Origin: a virus
Reading direction: 5' to 3' (one strand)
UHGV virus genome: UHGV-0812067
DNA: 17,252 nucleotides
Below, piece after piece: positions 1 to 8,714 of the stretch (positions within the stretch are counted from its first letter, which is position 1; every line of letters starts with the position of its first letter). The notes below the pieces were generated by a model, which did not search any database, was not told the DNA's origin, and saw nothing but the letters and a program-made list of their open reading frames with translations. The translations under genes and the position numbers were made by a program.

Positions 1-2
1 TG

Positions 3-482
3 TGTGCCTTGAGAGACGCCGACCAGACCCGACGTGCTGCGGAAGAGTGTAAGTTCAGCTTTAATGAGTCAGAATTAATCTCTTCTATAGGTATTGCACC
101 AGTTAAGCAAGAGATAATAAAGGATGAAGGAATAACTAAGCGGCAATATGAATTCAGAAGAGAATTATCTTCTGAAGAAATGCTTAGTGATGACGCTGAT
201 GAAAAATATGAGCCGCAGTTTTATATATCTGTTTATAATCCATCATGCCCACAAAAGATTATTGTTTGGTTTTTCAAAGACAATAAAAACACAATGGATT
301 TAAGTAATGAGGTCCTTGCTGGTAGAGCGTTCAAGTATTTAACTGGTGTTAATGAAAGTATTTTTGAAAATAAAATGAAAAAGTTTTTAAAGGTACAGTC
401 ATTTGAATCTTTTGATGAAAGGACAGATTCTAAATTTATAAAGAGTGGTGATATTTATTCCATTGATGTTCAACTCAGATAG
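3..482 (+). CDS. 3' portion of an AT-rich ORF of unknown function (5'-truncated by window edge)
   Basis: Frame is open from position 3 (no upstream in-frame stop) to TAG at 480-482. Coding DNA is strongly AT-rich after about position 60, unlike the GC-rich tail genes downstream. Protein is not recognisable to me. Confidence 0.4.
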   Translation, partial: CALRDADQTRRAAEECKFSFNESELISSIGIAPVKQEIIKDEGITKRQYEFRRELSSEEMLSDDADEKYEPQFYISVYNPSCPQKIIVWFFKDNKNTMDLSNEVLAGRAFKYLTGVNESIFENKMKKFLKVQSFESFDERTDSKFIKSGDIYSIDVQLR

Positions 483-501
483 TAATTAAAAATATTAGGT
501 T

Positions 502-557
502 CCCGCCACATCTTCTGCGATGTAAATAACTGACAAAGCAGATTTGGCGGGTTTTTT
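502..557 (+). terminator. putative intrinsic terminator (hairpin + T-tract)
   Basis: cccgcca (502-508) pairs with tggcggg (545-551), with inner pairing catc/gatg, followed by TTTTTT (552-557). The loop is long, so this is a weak call. Confidence 0.3.
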
Positions 558-572
558 GTATCCGGAGTTTAT

Positions 573-1901
573 ATGACGTGGAAAGACAGGCTTCAGGATG
601 CGTCATTTCGCGGCGTACCGTTTAAGGTTGAAGAAGAAAGTGCGGGAACCGGTCGCCGTGTGGAAACACACGAATATCCGAACCGCGACAAGCCCTATAC
701 CGAAGATCTGGGAAAAGTCACTTTCCGCCCGTCCATCACAGCTTATGTGGTGGGAGATGACTGCTTTGACCAGCGCGATCGCCTGATTGACGCGCTGAAT
801 AAACCCGGTCCCGGCACGCTTGTCCACCCGACATATGGTGAGCTGAAAGTCTGTGTTGACGGGGAAGTTCGGGTCAGCACATCGAAAAGTGAAGGGCGTA
901 TTGTCCGCTTTGACCTGAAGTTTGTCGAAGCGGGAGAACTCTCTTACCCCACATCAGGTGCGGCGACGGCGCAGACGCTGATGTCATCCTGTTCTGCACT
1001 GGATGACTGCATCAGTGACAGCTTCAGCGGTTTCAGTATCGATGGTGTGGCGGATTTCGTGCAGAACGACGTTATCGGTAATGCCAGCATAATGCTGGGG
1101 TATGTTTCTGATGCGATGAAAGTGGTGGATTCTGCCGTATCGGATGCCGCCAGGCTGTTGCAGGGGGATATCTCGGTACTTCTGCCGCCGCCATCGTCAG
1201 GCAAAAATTTCGTTGAGCAGGTGCAGAAAATGTGGCGTACCGGGAAACGCCTTTATGGTAACGCCAGCGACCTGGTCACCATGATCAAAACGCTTTCCGG
1301 TGTCAGCCTCGGCAGCGATCTGCAACCGCGCGGCATCTGGAAAACGGACAGTAAAACCACCGCCACGGCGACGCAGCAGCGTAACGTGGTTGCCAGCACC
1401 CTTCGTACGACCGCAATCAGCGAAGCGGCGTATGCCGTCACCCGATTGCCTGCGCCAACAACTTCCGCGGTGATGCAGAATGCCGCAGTGGGGCAGGCAA
1501 CAACACCTGCGCAGAGCACTGGCTGGCCTTCCGTCACGCATCCGGCACTGAACAATGCACCGGCGGTGAAAAACACGGTTGACCTGCCGACGTGGGAAGA
1601 ACTGACTGACATTCGCGACACACTGAATACGGCAATTGATAAGGAGTTGTCCCGTACAACCAGTGATGCGCTGTTTCTGGCGCTGCGCCGGGTGAAAGCA
1701 GATCTGAATGCGGATATCAACACGCGCCTTGAACAGTCTGCACGGATCATTCAGCGCACACCGGATGAGGTTTTACCCGCGCTGGTGCTGGCGGCGACCT
1801 GGTTTGATAACGCGGCGCGTGACGCGGACATTATCCGGCGTAATGCCATTACGCATCCCGGCTTTGTGCCGGTGATCCCTCTGAAGGTGCCAGTGCAATG
1901 A
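573..1901 (+). CDS. Mu gp43 (N)-like DNA circulation protein / tail-baseplate-associated protein
   Basis: ATG at 573 preceded by GGAG (564-567). N-terminus MTWKDRLQDASFRGVPFKV... is typical of the Mu-type DNA circulation protein N-terminal domain. Stop overlaps the next start (ATGA at 1898-1901). Confidence 0.8.
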   Translation: MTWKDRLQDASFRGVPFKVEEESAGTGRRVETHEYPNRDKPYTEDLGKVTFRPSITAYVVGDDCFDQRDRLIDALNKPGPGTLVHPTYGELKVCVDGEVRVSTSKSEGRIVRFDLKFVEAGELSYPTSGAATAQTLMSSCSALDDCISDSFSGFSIDGVADFVQNDVIGNASIMLGYVSDAMKVVDSAVSDAARLLQGDISVLLPPPSSGKNFVEQVQKMWRTGKRLYGNASDLVTMIKTLSGVSLGSDLQPRGIWKTDSKTTATATQQRNVVASTLRTTAISEAAYAVTRLPAPTTSAVMQNAAVGQATTPAQSTGWPSVTHPALNNAPAVKNTVDLPTWEELTDIRDTLNTAIDKELSRTTSDALFLALRRVKADLNADINTRLEQSARIIQRTPDEVLPALVLAATWFDNAARDADIIRRNAITHPGFVPVIPLKVPVQ

Positions 1902-2977
1902 ACGACAATGTCACGCTACGGATAAATGGCCGGGAGTGGAATGGCTGGACATCGGTGCGCATCGGTGCCGGTATTGAACGGCTGGCGCGGGATTTCAGTG
2001 TGGAGATCACCCGCCAGTGGCCGGGAGATGAGGGTATTACCACGCTTCAGCCGCGCATTAAAAACGGTTCAAAAGTGGAGGTGCTGATTGGTGATGAGCT
2101 GGTGATCACCGGCTGGGTGGAGGCGACGCCCGTTCGTTACGATGCCCGTTCGGTCAGCACCGGTATTGCCGGACGCAGTCTGACCGCTGACTTGATTGAC
2201 TGTGCAGCCGAACCGACACAGTTTAACGGACGATCGCTGGTACAGATTGCGCAGGCGCTTGCTGCGCCTTTCGGCATTGAGGTGGTGAACAACGGTGCGC
2301 CGTCGGGTGTTATTCCTGATGTCCAGCCTGATCACGGTGAAACGGTGATTGAGGTAATCAACAAAATACTCGGTCAGCAGCAGGCACTGGCTTACGACGA
2401 CCCGCACGGCAGGCTGGTGATTGGCGGTATTGGCTCAACGCGGGCACATACTGCGCTGGTACTCGGGGAAAACATCCTTTCCTGCGATACGGAGAAGAGT
2501 ATCCGGGAGCGGTTTTCTGTTTACCAGGTGGCGGGGCAGCGTGCCGGAAACGACGATGATTTCGGTGAGGCCACCACCACCGCGCTGCGGGCCCGCACAG
2601 AGGACGCATTTATTGCCCGTTACCGTCCGATGTATATCAGGCAGACAGGGCAGGCTACGGGGGCAGGCTGTATTGCCCGTGCGGACTTTGAAGCCCGACA
2701 ACGGGCGGCGCGGACGGATGAAACCACCTATGTGGTGCAGGGCTGGCGACAGGGTAACGGTACGCTGTGGCAGCCCAACCAGCGGGTGATTGTCTTTGAT
2801 CCGGTCTGTGGTTTCGACAATACCGAACTGCTTGTTTCGGAAGTCACGTTTACTCAGGACCAGAACGGCACCCTGACGGAAATCCGTGTCGGCCCGCCTG
2901 ATGCTTATCTGCCTGAACCCGAAGCCCCCGGCGCGCGGAAAAAGAAAAAAGCCAGAGTACAGGAGGACCCGTTCTGA
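1898..2977 (+). CDS. Mu gp44 (P)-like baseplate hub protein
   Basis: 359-aa ORF coupled to neighbours by overlapping stop/start. Position and size match the Mu/P2 gpD-type hub in the conserved baseplate gene order. Confidence 0.75.
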   Translation: MNDNVTLRINGREWNGWTSVRIGAGIERLARDFSVEITRQWPGDEGITTLQPRIKNGSKVEVLIGDELVITGWVEATPVRYDARSVSTGIAGRSLTADLIDCAAEPTQFNGRSLVQIAQALAAPFGIEVVNNGAPSGVIPDVQPDHGETVIEVINKILGQQQALAYDDPHGRLVIGGIGSTRAHTALVLGENILSCDTEKSIRERFSVYQVAGQRAGNDDDFGEATTTALRARTEDAFIARYRPMYIRQTGQATGAGCIARADFEARQRAARTDETTYVVQGWRQGNGTLWQPNQRVIVFDPVCGFDNTELLVSEVTFTQDQNGTLTEIRVGPPDAYLPEPEAPGARKKKKARVQEDPF

Positions 2978-3525
2978 TGAAGGCGATTGAAACCATACAG
3001 CGACAACTCCTCGGCCTGATTGGGCGGGCGGTGGTGAAAAGCATCAGTGCCGCCACGAAATGTCAGACCGTGGATGTGTCCCTGATTGCCGGTGAACCCA
3101 AAGCCGGGGTTGAACATCTTGAACCCTACGGTTTTACCGCAAGGGCAAACAGCGGTGCGGAAGCGGTGGTGTTGTTTCCGGATGGCGACCGTTCTCATGC
3201 GGTGGTTGTTACGGTGTCGGACCGGCGCTACCGCCTGAAAGGGCTGCAGACGGGTGAGGTGGCTGTCTATGACGATCAGGGGCAGTCCGTGACGCTGGCC
3301 CGGGAGGGGATCGTGGTGGACGGTGCAGGTAAAACGATCACGTTTCGCAATGCGCCTAAGGCACGTTTTGAAATGGACCTGGAAGTGACCGGACAGGTGA
3401 AAGACCTGTGCGACTCCACCGGCACCACCATGTCAGCGATGCGGCTTGCCTATAACGGGCATCGTCACAGAGAGAACGGTCAGGGCAGTAACACCGACAA
3501 ACCTGATAAAGTGATGGAGGCATGA
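2977..3525 (+). CDS. Mu gp45 / gpV-like baseplate spike protein
   Basis: 182-aa ORF with AGGAGGA upstream (2961-2967) and start overlapping the upstream stop. Sequence and size are typical of phage baseplate assembly protein V. Confidence 0.75.
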   Translation: MKAIETIQRQLLGLIGRAVVKSISAATKCQTVDVSLIAGEPKAGVEHLEPYGFTARANSGAEAVVLFPDGDRSHAVVVTVSDRRYRLKGLQTGEVAVYDDQGQSVTLAREGIVVDGAGKTITFRNAPKARFEMDLEVTGQVKDLCDSTGTTMSAMRLAYNGHRHRENGQGSNTDKPDKVMEA

Positions 3526-3950
3526 TGGAACTGTGGCTGACGGTGAACGGTAAACGCACCTGCGCCAGCGCACAACTGGATCCGCTGACCCGCGCCGTGG
3601 TGATTTCCCTGTTTACCTGGCGGCGGGCGGAGCCTGATGACAACGCCGAAGTCCCGATGGGATGGTGGGGGGATACCTGGCCTGCGGTACAGAATGACCG
3701 TTACGGCTCCCGACTGTGGCTGCTTCAGCGCAGCAAACTGACCAATCAGCTGGTGCAGACGGTAAGGGGGTATATCCGCGAATGCCTGCAATGGATGATT
3801 GATGACGGCGTGGTGTCCCGTATTGATCTGGATATCCGCCGCACCGGGATTAATGAACTGGGTAACAGTATCACTCTCTGGCGTCGTGACGGACCGGTAA
3901 TGATTTCTTTTGATGATCTGTGGAGTGCGATAACGCATGGCGGACAGTGA
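3525..3950 (+). CDS. Mu gp46 / gpW-like baseplate wedge protein
   Basis: ORF track starts at 3522 (ATGATG); the second ATG at 3525 has better spacing from GGAGG (3516-3520). About 140 aa, consistent with the GP46/gpW family by position and size. Confidence 0.7.
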   Translation: MELWLTVNGKRTCASAQLDPLTRAVVISLFTWRRAEPDDNAEVPMGWWGDTWPAVQNDRYGSRLWLLQRSKLTNQLVQTVRGYIRECLQWMIDDGVVSRIDLDIRRTGINELGNSITLWRRDGPVMISFDDLWSAITHGGQ

Positions 3951-4995
3951 ATTTCAGCGCCCGACGCTGGCAGAAAATATCAGTATGCTCCGTAACGATT
4001 TATTCGCCAGGCTGGACGTCAGCGACACGCTCCGGCGCATGGATGAAGACGTGCGGGCAAAGGTGTATGCGGCGGCGCTGCATACGGTTTACGGTTACAT
4101 CGATTATCTGGCAATGAACATGCTGCCTGATCTGTGCGATGAGTCCTGGCTGGCGCGACATGCTGCGATGAAACGGTGTCCGCGCAAGGGGGCCACGGCT
4201 GCCAGCGGGTATATGCGCTGGGAAGGTGTCAGCGATGGCCTGAAGGTGACCGCCGGGAGTGTTATTCAGCGCGATGACCTGGTTCAGTACACGGCAACTG
4301 CCGATGCAACCAGCACTGGTGGTGTCCTGCGTGTGCCGATCACTTGCTCAACTACAGGCGCGGTCGGTAACGCTGACGACGGTACGGCATTAATCCTGGT
4401 CACACCGGTGAATGGTCTGCCGTCTTCCGGTGTGGCTGACACCCTGACAGGCGGATTTGATACTGAAGAGCTGGAAACGTGGCGCGCCCGCGTCATTGAG
4501 CGGTATTACTGGACGCCTCAGGGCGGGGCTGACGGGGACTATGTCGTCTGGGCTAAAGAAGTGCCCGGCATTACCCGCGCATGGACATACCGTCACTGGA
4601 TGGGAACGGGAACTGTCGGTGTGATGATTGCCAGCAGTGACCTGATTAATCCCATTCCGGAAGAATCAACGGAAACGGCAGCAAGACAACATATCGGGCC
4701 ACTGGCCCCGGTGGCAGGCTCTGATTTGTATGTATTCAGGCCGGTGGCACATACGGTGGATTTTCATATCCGCGTGACGCCGGACACACCGGAAATACGG
4801 GCTGCCATTACCGCGGAGTTGCGTTCGTTCCTGCTGCGTGATGGTTATCCGCAGGGAGAACTGAAGGTATCGCGTATCAGTGAAGCGATTTCCGGTGCGA
4901 ACGGGGAATACAGCCATCAGTTGCTTGCACCGGTGGACAATATCTCCATTGCAAAAAATGAACTGGCGGTACTGGGGACGATTTCATGGACGTGA
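3937..4995 (+). CDS. Mu gp47 / baseplate J-like protein
   Basis: 352-aa ORF overlapping the upstream gene by 14 nt. Size and position match baseplate J-like wedge proteins (gpJ of P2, gp47 of Mu, JayE of e14). Confidence 0.8.
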   Translation: MADSEFQRPTLAENISMLRNDLFARLDVSDTLRRMDEDVRAKVYAAALHTVYGYIDYLAMNMLPDLCDESWLARHAAMKRCPRKGATAASGYMRWEGVSDGLKVTAGSVIQRDDLVQYTATADATSTGGVLRVPITCSTTGAVGNADDGTALILVTPVNGLPSSGVADTLTGGFDTEELETWRARVIERYYWTPQGGADGDYVVWAKEVPGITRAWTYRHWMGTGTVGVMIASSDLINPIPEESTETAARQHIGPLAPVAGSDLYVFRPVAHTVDFHIRVTPDTPEIRAAITAELRSFLLRDGYPQGELKVSRISEAISGANGEYSHQLLAPVDNISIAKNELAVLGTISWT

Positions 4996-5570
4996 CAAAC
5001 GATGATTACATCCGTCTGTTGTCGGCACTGTTGCCCCCCGGTCCGGCGTGGTCAGCCAGCGATCCGGCGATTGCCGGTGCGGCACCGTCATTAACCCGCG
5101 TTCATCAGCGTGCGGATGCCCTGATGCGGGAGCTGGATCCGCGCACCACCACCGAACTGATAAATCGCTGGGAGCGTCTGTGCGGCCTGCCGGATGAATG
5201 TATTCCGGCGGGAACGCAGACCCTTCGCCAGCGTCAGCAACGACTGGATGCGAAGGTTAACCTGGCGGGCGGCATCAACGAGGATTTTTATCTTGCACAG
5301 CTTGCTGCCCTGGGCAGACCAGACGCTACCATCACGCGATACGACAAAAGCACGTTCATCTGCTCATCTGCCTGTACTGACGCGGTGAATGCGCCGGAAT
5401 GGCGGTATTACTGGCAGGTCAACATGCCAGCCGCCACCAACACCACCTGGATGACATGTGGCGATCCCTGTGATTCCGCGCTGCGTATCTGGGGCGACAC
5501 CGTTGTCGAGTGTGTGCTTAACAAACTCTGCCCGTCGCATACCTACGTAATTTTTAAATATCCGGAGTAA
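4986..5570 (+). CDS. Mu gp48 / gpI-like tail protein (YmfQ/DUF2313-type)
   Basis: 194-aa ORF overlapping the upstream gene by 10 nt and lying immediately upstream of the tail-fibre gene, as in Mu/P2/e14-type modules. Confidence 0.75.
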   Translation: MDVTNDDYIRLLSALLPPGPAWSASDPAIAGAAPSLTRVHQRADALMRELDPRTTTELINRWERLCGLPDECIPAGTQTLRQRQQRLDAKVNLAGGINEDFYLAQLAALGRPDATITRYDKSTFICSSACTDAVNAPEWRYYWQVNMPAATNTTWMTCGDPCDSALRIWGDTVVECVLNKLCPSHTYVIFKYPE

Positions 5571-5573
5571 TCC

Positions 5574-6536
5574 ATGCATCGTATAGACACGAAAACCGCG
5601 CAGAAGGATAAGTTCGGCGCGGGTAAGAACGGTTTTACCCGTGGTAACCCCCAGACCGGCACACCTGCCACCGATCTGGATGATGACTACTTTGACATGT
5701 TGCAGGAAGAACTTTGTAGCGTGGTGGAGGCCTCCGGTGCCAGCCTGGAGAAAGGGCGGCATGACCAGCTGCTTACCGCACTTCGTGCGCTGCTGTTAAG
5801 CCGCAAGAATCCGTTTGGCGATATCAAATCGGACGGCACGGTGGAAACGGCTCTCGAAAACCTTGGTTTGGGAGATGCCAACGGATATGTGGGCCGAAAG
5901 GTTGCGGAAAAATGGATAACGACATCTGGGACATATACGCCTACACCGGGAACAAAAAAAATCAGGGTAACGATAATTGGCGGAGGCGGCGGCGGGGGCA
6001 GTGGGCAAACAAACTCTGCTGGATACGTATCTGCCGGGTCTGGTGGAGGTGCCGGTGGTGTGGCTCGTAAAACAATTGACGTTACCAGTGTTTCATCAGT
6101 GTCCGTAACCATCGGTTCAGGCGGTAATCCAGGTGTCTTCTCTTCAAATCAGCCTGGTGATGGTGGTACCACAAGTTTTGGCTCCTACATGACAGCTGGC
6201 GGGGGTGGCCGAGGAAATAACTGTGGCTCGGTAGCATTCGGTGTTACTCAGTTAATTGCGAACGGTGGCGGCGGGGTTGGTTCAGGAGGTGATATCAACA
6301 CCATCGGCGGCTCTGGCGGCCCGGCGATAATTCTGGGACAGGGGTACACCAGCGGCGGCGGTGGCAACTCAATAGTAGCTGGAGGTGGACAGCCTATTGC
6401 AACAACGTCATCAATGAGTGGAATTGATGGCTCATATGGTTCTGGTGGGTCAGGCGCTTACATTCTGGCCAGCGGTAGTGAAAAAAATGGCGGACGTGGT
6501 GGTGATGGCGTTTGTATCGTTGAGGAGTATGCATAA
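5574..6536 (+). CDS. tail fibre protein, expressed form in this orientation (constant N-terminus + glycine-rich variable C-terminus)
   Basis: ATG at 5574 with GGAG (5563-5566). N-terminus [40 protein letters not shown]... is the conserved phage tail-fibre N-terminal domain. From about residue 98 the protein is extremely Gly/Ser-rich. The inversion crossover site lies inside the gene at 5851-5876. Confidence 0.85.
   Translation: MHRIDTKTAQKDKFGAGKNGFTRGNPQTGTPATDLDDDYFDMLQEELCSVVEASGASLEKGRHDQLLTALRALLLSRKNPFGDIKSDGTVETALENLGLGDANGYVGRKVAEKWITTSGTYTPTPGTKKIRVTIIGGGGGGGSGQTNSAGYVSAGSGGGAGGVARKTIDVTSVSSVSVTIGSGGNPGVFSSNQPGDGGTTSFGSYMTAGGGGRGNNCGSVAFGVTQLIANGGGGVGSGGDINTIGGSGGPAIILGQGYTSGGGGNSIVAGGGQPIATTSSMSGIDGSYGSGGSGAYILASGSEKNGGRGGDGVCIVEEYA
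5851..5876. repeat. invertase crossover site, left (gix/cix/pix/hix-like, 12-2-12 layout)
   Basis: ctctcgaaaacc tt ggtttgggagat: two half-sites resembling the invertase half-site consensus (..TC..AAACC) around a central TT. The 11 bp ttggtttggga (5863-5873) is the exact reverse complement of 7677-7687. Confidence 0.7.
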
Positions 6537-6943
6537 TGAATAACATTTATGCTGTTGTTGAAAATGGCGTGGTGATCAACATCGTCGTCTGGGATGGGAA
6601 ATCGGAATGGCAACCGGTAACTGGGGAGGCTGTTTCTTGTTCTGCTCAGGTTGGTATCGGCTGGTTGTATGATGGAAGTAATTTCACCCAGCCACCAACA
6701 CCCGAGCAGACTCCAGAAGAATTAGCAGCGGCAAACATGGCTAAAGCTGCATCTGAGTATGAACGTGCCAGCGTAGTCATTGTAGCGCTAAATGAGCAGA
6801 TCGAAGACGAGGACTACGCAGGGACTACGGAAGAGGCCGTGAAATCAGAATTGGCCGCATGGACTGACTATCGTAAACAGCTTCGCGCTTACATTAAGGC
6901 CGGGGATGGCAGCCAGACACTACCATCCTTTGTAATGATTTAA
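6536..6943 (+). CDS. tail fibre assembly/chaperone-like protein for the current fibre form
   Basis: ATG overlaps the fibre stop (TAATG at 6534-6538) with GAGGAG upstream (6522-6527). C-terminus ...AWTDYRKQLRAYIKA resembles the Tfa C-terminal W-x-x-YR motif. The N-terminal part is not classic Tfa. Confidence 0.55.
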   Translation: MNNIYAVVENGVVINIVVWDGKSEWQPVTGEAVSCSAQVGIGWLYDGSNFTQPPTPEQTPEELAAANMAKAASEYERASVVIVALNEQIEDEDYAGTTEEAVKSELAAWTDYRKQLRAYIKAGDGSQTLPSFVMI

Positions 6944-7323
6944 ACTGGTCGTGTAGGCCACTCTATATCGGGAGCCGTGCTGGTATCAGTTCGCATCACG
7001 GCAACCCGATAATCTTCCCACGAGGTTAATCTAGCAGCTTCTTCATCAGTCGCTATTCCTGCGGTTACTGCATATTGAAGAGGTGATATTGCAAAAGTTG
7101 CTGCCGCCAGCAGCTCTGCTTTTTTCTGATTTGCAATCGCTACTTGCTGATCATGAGTCAGTGGCGCAGGGTCGCTCAGTTCGGGAAAACCACTTTCGTT
7201 TGCAATAATTACCTTTCCTCCCGCCTGCCCAATCACCAATTCTGACCAGTAGTCGTCGGTAATCTCCACCTGGCTATCACTCATCCGCCCAACCGTAAAT
7301 CCAATCTCTGTGGAATAAAACAT
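6940..7323 (-). CDS. tail fibre assembly protein (Tfa), alternative-orientation copy
   Basis: C-terminus ...ATDEEAARLTSWEDYRVAVMRTDTSTAPDIEWPTRPV matches the conserved Tfa C-terminal motif. Its stop codon overlaps the convergent + strand stop within TTTAAA (6940-6943). Confidence 0.8.
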   Translation of the reverse strand: MFYSTEIGFTVGRMSDSQVEITDDYWSELVIGQAGGKVIIANESGFPELSDPAPLTHDQQVAIANQKKAELLAAATFAISPLQYAVTAGIATDEEAARLTSWEDYRVAVMRTDTSTAPDIEWPTRPV

Positions 7324-7685
7324 TACGCACTCCCCATAGCCATATATTTAAAAGAAAAAGATCCGTTCAGATTTGCCCCTGCGGCATCCTTTCCGTAAAT
7401 TGTCACAACCGAACCTGATTCAGGAATGGCGGCATAACTAACAACGCCTGAGCCAATATCAGTCGGGATAAAAGTAAAACCAGTGCTGGGGTAAGCCAAT
7501 GGAAGAGTAAAGCTCAGTACGCCGTTAACAAAATTTCCAGATCCACTGCCCTCCATTATTCTACGGTTTCCTGCAATCACTATTGAAGTAAATACGTTTG
7601 AAGCGCCAGCGTATGTGAAGTTTGACATGTCTGGAATTTGACCAGTTCCTGTACCCACATCTTTTTTGGCTGCTGTTCCCAAACC
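7323..7685 (-). CDS. silent alternative tail-fibre C-terminal segment (Sv'-like), lacks its own N-terminus in this orientation
   Basis: Minus-strand frame is open from the stop at 7692-7694 through the crossover site to TAA at 7323-7325. It reads ...KVGLGTAAKKDVGTGTGQ..., with GLG encoded by the same ggtttggga as NLGLGD in the + fibre, in the same frame. The TTG 'start' in the ORF track is probably not a real start. Confidence 0.65.
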   Translation of the reverse strand, partial: GLGTAAKKDVGTGTGQIPDMSNFTYAGASNVFTSIVIAGNRRIMEGSGSGNFVNGVLSFTLPLAYPSTGFTFIPTDIGSGVVSYAAIPESGSVVTIYGKDAAGANLNGSFSFKYMAMGSA

Positions 7686-7699
7686 AACCTTTCAAATAT
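7674..7699. repeat. invertase crossover site, right
   Basis: tgttcccaaacc aa cctttcaaatat: the left half-site matches the half-site consensus well, the right half is degenerate. It carries the 11-bp inverted repeat tcccaaaccaa (7677-7687). Confidence 0.65.
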
Positions 7700-7726
7700 T
7701 TTTCTGAATCAGGTGATATTTCGCCT

Positions 7727-7753
7727 CTTCTCCTGTTTTTACAACAGGAGAAG
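7727..7753 (+). promoter_or_regulatory. hairpin sequestering the invertase Shine-Dalgarno
   Basis: cttctcctgt (7727-7736) and acaggagaag (7744-7753) form a perfect 10-bp inverted repeat with loop ttttaca. The right arm contains AGGAG (7746-7750), the RBS for the ATG at 7759. Confidence 0.4.
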
Positions 7754-7758
7754 CACTC

Positions 7759-8322
7759 ATGATTTACGGGTATGTTCGTGTATCAACAAATCATCAGGAT
7801 ACAGAGTTGCAACGTCTTGCACTTGAGTCAGCTGGCTGTGAGCGAATTTATGAAGAATATGCCAGTGGCAGAACAGCTAATCGCCCTGTGTTAAAGGAAT
7901 TAATTACGGTGATGAAAAGTGGAGATGAGTTGATTGTCTGGAAGTTAGATCGGATAGGGAGAAATGTGCTGCATGCGCTATTGATGTTTCAAAATCTGCA
8001 CGAAAAAGGTGTTAATTTTCGGAGTATTACAGATGGCGTAGACCTGAAAACAGCAAGTGGTCGCTATAATTTCCGTAATATTCTTTCTGCTGCGCAGTAT
8101 GAATCTGATTTGAATAGCGAGCGAACTTTAGCTGGTTTGGCTATTGCCAGATCCAAAGGCCGGATTGGTGGGCGTAGACCGAAGTTTAGCGACGAGCAGT
8201 GGCAACAGATGGGAGCGCTCATAGCGGCAGGGAAATCACGGCGTTATGTTGCACGTATCTATAACGTTGGGCTATCAACCCTATATAAACGATTTCCTGT
8301 TACTGGCATTCAAACGAAATAA
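7759..8322 (+). CDS. serine DNA invertase (Gin/Cin/Pin/Hin family resolvase-type recombinase)
   Basis: MIYGYVRVSTNHQDTELQ... contains the catalytic Ser motif (YVRVS), VWKLDRIGR, GRIGGRRPK and a C-terminal HTH ...GLSTLYKRFP. It is 187 aa and sits adjacent to the invertible segment. Confidence 0.9.
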   Translation: MIYGYVRVSTNHQDTELQRLALESAGCERIYEEYASGRTANRPVLKELITVMKSGDELIVWKLDRIGRNVLHALLMFQNLHEKGVNFRSITDGVDLKTASGRYNFRNILSAAQYESDLNSERTLAGLAIARSKGRIGGRRPKFSDEQWQQMGALIAAGKSRRYVARIYNVGLSTLYKRFPVTGIQTK

Positions 8323-8361
8323 TTTAAAAGCAATTTAAAGAGTTATTTGTCTAATGTTGGA

Positions 8362-8399
8362 AGCCGCAGCCACGTCGTATGCAAGAACGTGCTGCGGCT
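8362..8399. terminator. hairpin between convergent invertase and dinI-like genes (possible bidirectional terminator)
   Basis: agccgcagccacg (8362-8374) pairs with cgtgctgcggct (8388-8399), about 12 bp with one bulge. There is no clear U-tract on either side. Confidence 0.35.
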
Positions 8400-8465
8400 G
8401 GCTGGCGAACTTTCGATAGTGCGAGTATTGAATGATTTCCAGCCGTTACCGATTTTACGTGTTAA

Positions 8466-8714
8466 TTAGTGAACAAACCACTCGTCAGCAGATTCCCAGG
8501 TATCTTTCAGAGTCTCCTGAACAAAAGTTTTTGCAGAATCCTTATCTGCGGTGCGTGTAACAGAAAGGCCATCGTTGCTGGTGGCTTTTACGATCACCTC
8601 TACATCGTCATAACGTTTACTGATGCGTCGGGTTAATTCTTCCTTTAACGCATCCACAGCACCGGTTGGCATTTTAGTCATTTTTTCTTTGGCTATGCAG
8701 ATTTCAATACGCAT
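8466..8714 (-). CDS. dinI: DinI-family (DNA damage-inducible protein I-like) protein
   Basis: 82 aa, [11 protein letters not shown]...AVDALKEEL...[11 protein letters not shown], closely resembling the DinI pattern (MRIEVTIAK...ETWESADDWF). SD-like GAGGGA precedes the start; LexA-box-like palindromes lie upstream. Confidence 0.85.
   Translation of the reverse strand: MRIEICIAKEKMTKMPTGAVDALKEELTRRISKRYDDVEVIVKATSNDGLSVTRTADKDSAKTFVQETLKDTWESADEWFVH

Larger units (their letters stand above)
5863..7687. other. invertible tail-fibre segment (about 1825 bp, host-range switch)
   Basis: Bounded by the exact 11-bp inverted repeat 5863-5873 / 7677-7687. Contains the variable fibre C-terminus plus chaperone on the + strand and a start-less alternative C-terminus plus a second chaperone on the - strand. 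A serine invertase gene lies immediately outside at 7759. Confidence 0.75.

Noticed and set aside
598-2701. Numerous ORFs of 60-165 aa inside or antisense to the baseplate genes (e.g. 598-786 +, 603-827 -, 1253-1750 -, 2069-2407 -, 2358-2609 -, 2421-2789 +)
   Set aside because: They lie wholly within longer, well-supported coding frames and have Arg/Pro/Cys-rich compositions typical of off-frame translation of GC-rich coding DNA. Many rely on non-ATG starts and none has an RBS.
2850-5762. Antisense or off-frame ORFs overlapping the gp45-gp48 genes (e.g. 2905-3198 -, 3480-3938 -, 4284-4596 -, 5364-5762 -)
   Set aside because: Same reasoning: embedded in the translationally coupled plus-strand operon, with no independent expression signals.
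5954-5961. A8 homopolymer tract inside the tail-fibre gene just after the crossover site, considered as a slipped-strand phase-variation switch
   Set aside because: Eight A residues is marginal for slippage-mediated switching. Similar A-runs occur elsewhere in ordinary coding context (2937-2950, 6481-6487). The inversion system already explains fibre variation.
5687-6112. Minus-strand ORFs across the glycine-rich fibre region (5687-6112, 5796-6008), Pro-rich products
   Set aside because: These are reverse-complement reading of GGN-rich codons, which yields CCN (Pro) runs; an artefact of the Gly-rich coding sequence.
7638-7826. 62-aa ORF spanning the invertase start
   Set aside because: It overlaps the strongly supported invertase gene and the crossover site and has no RBS.
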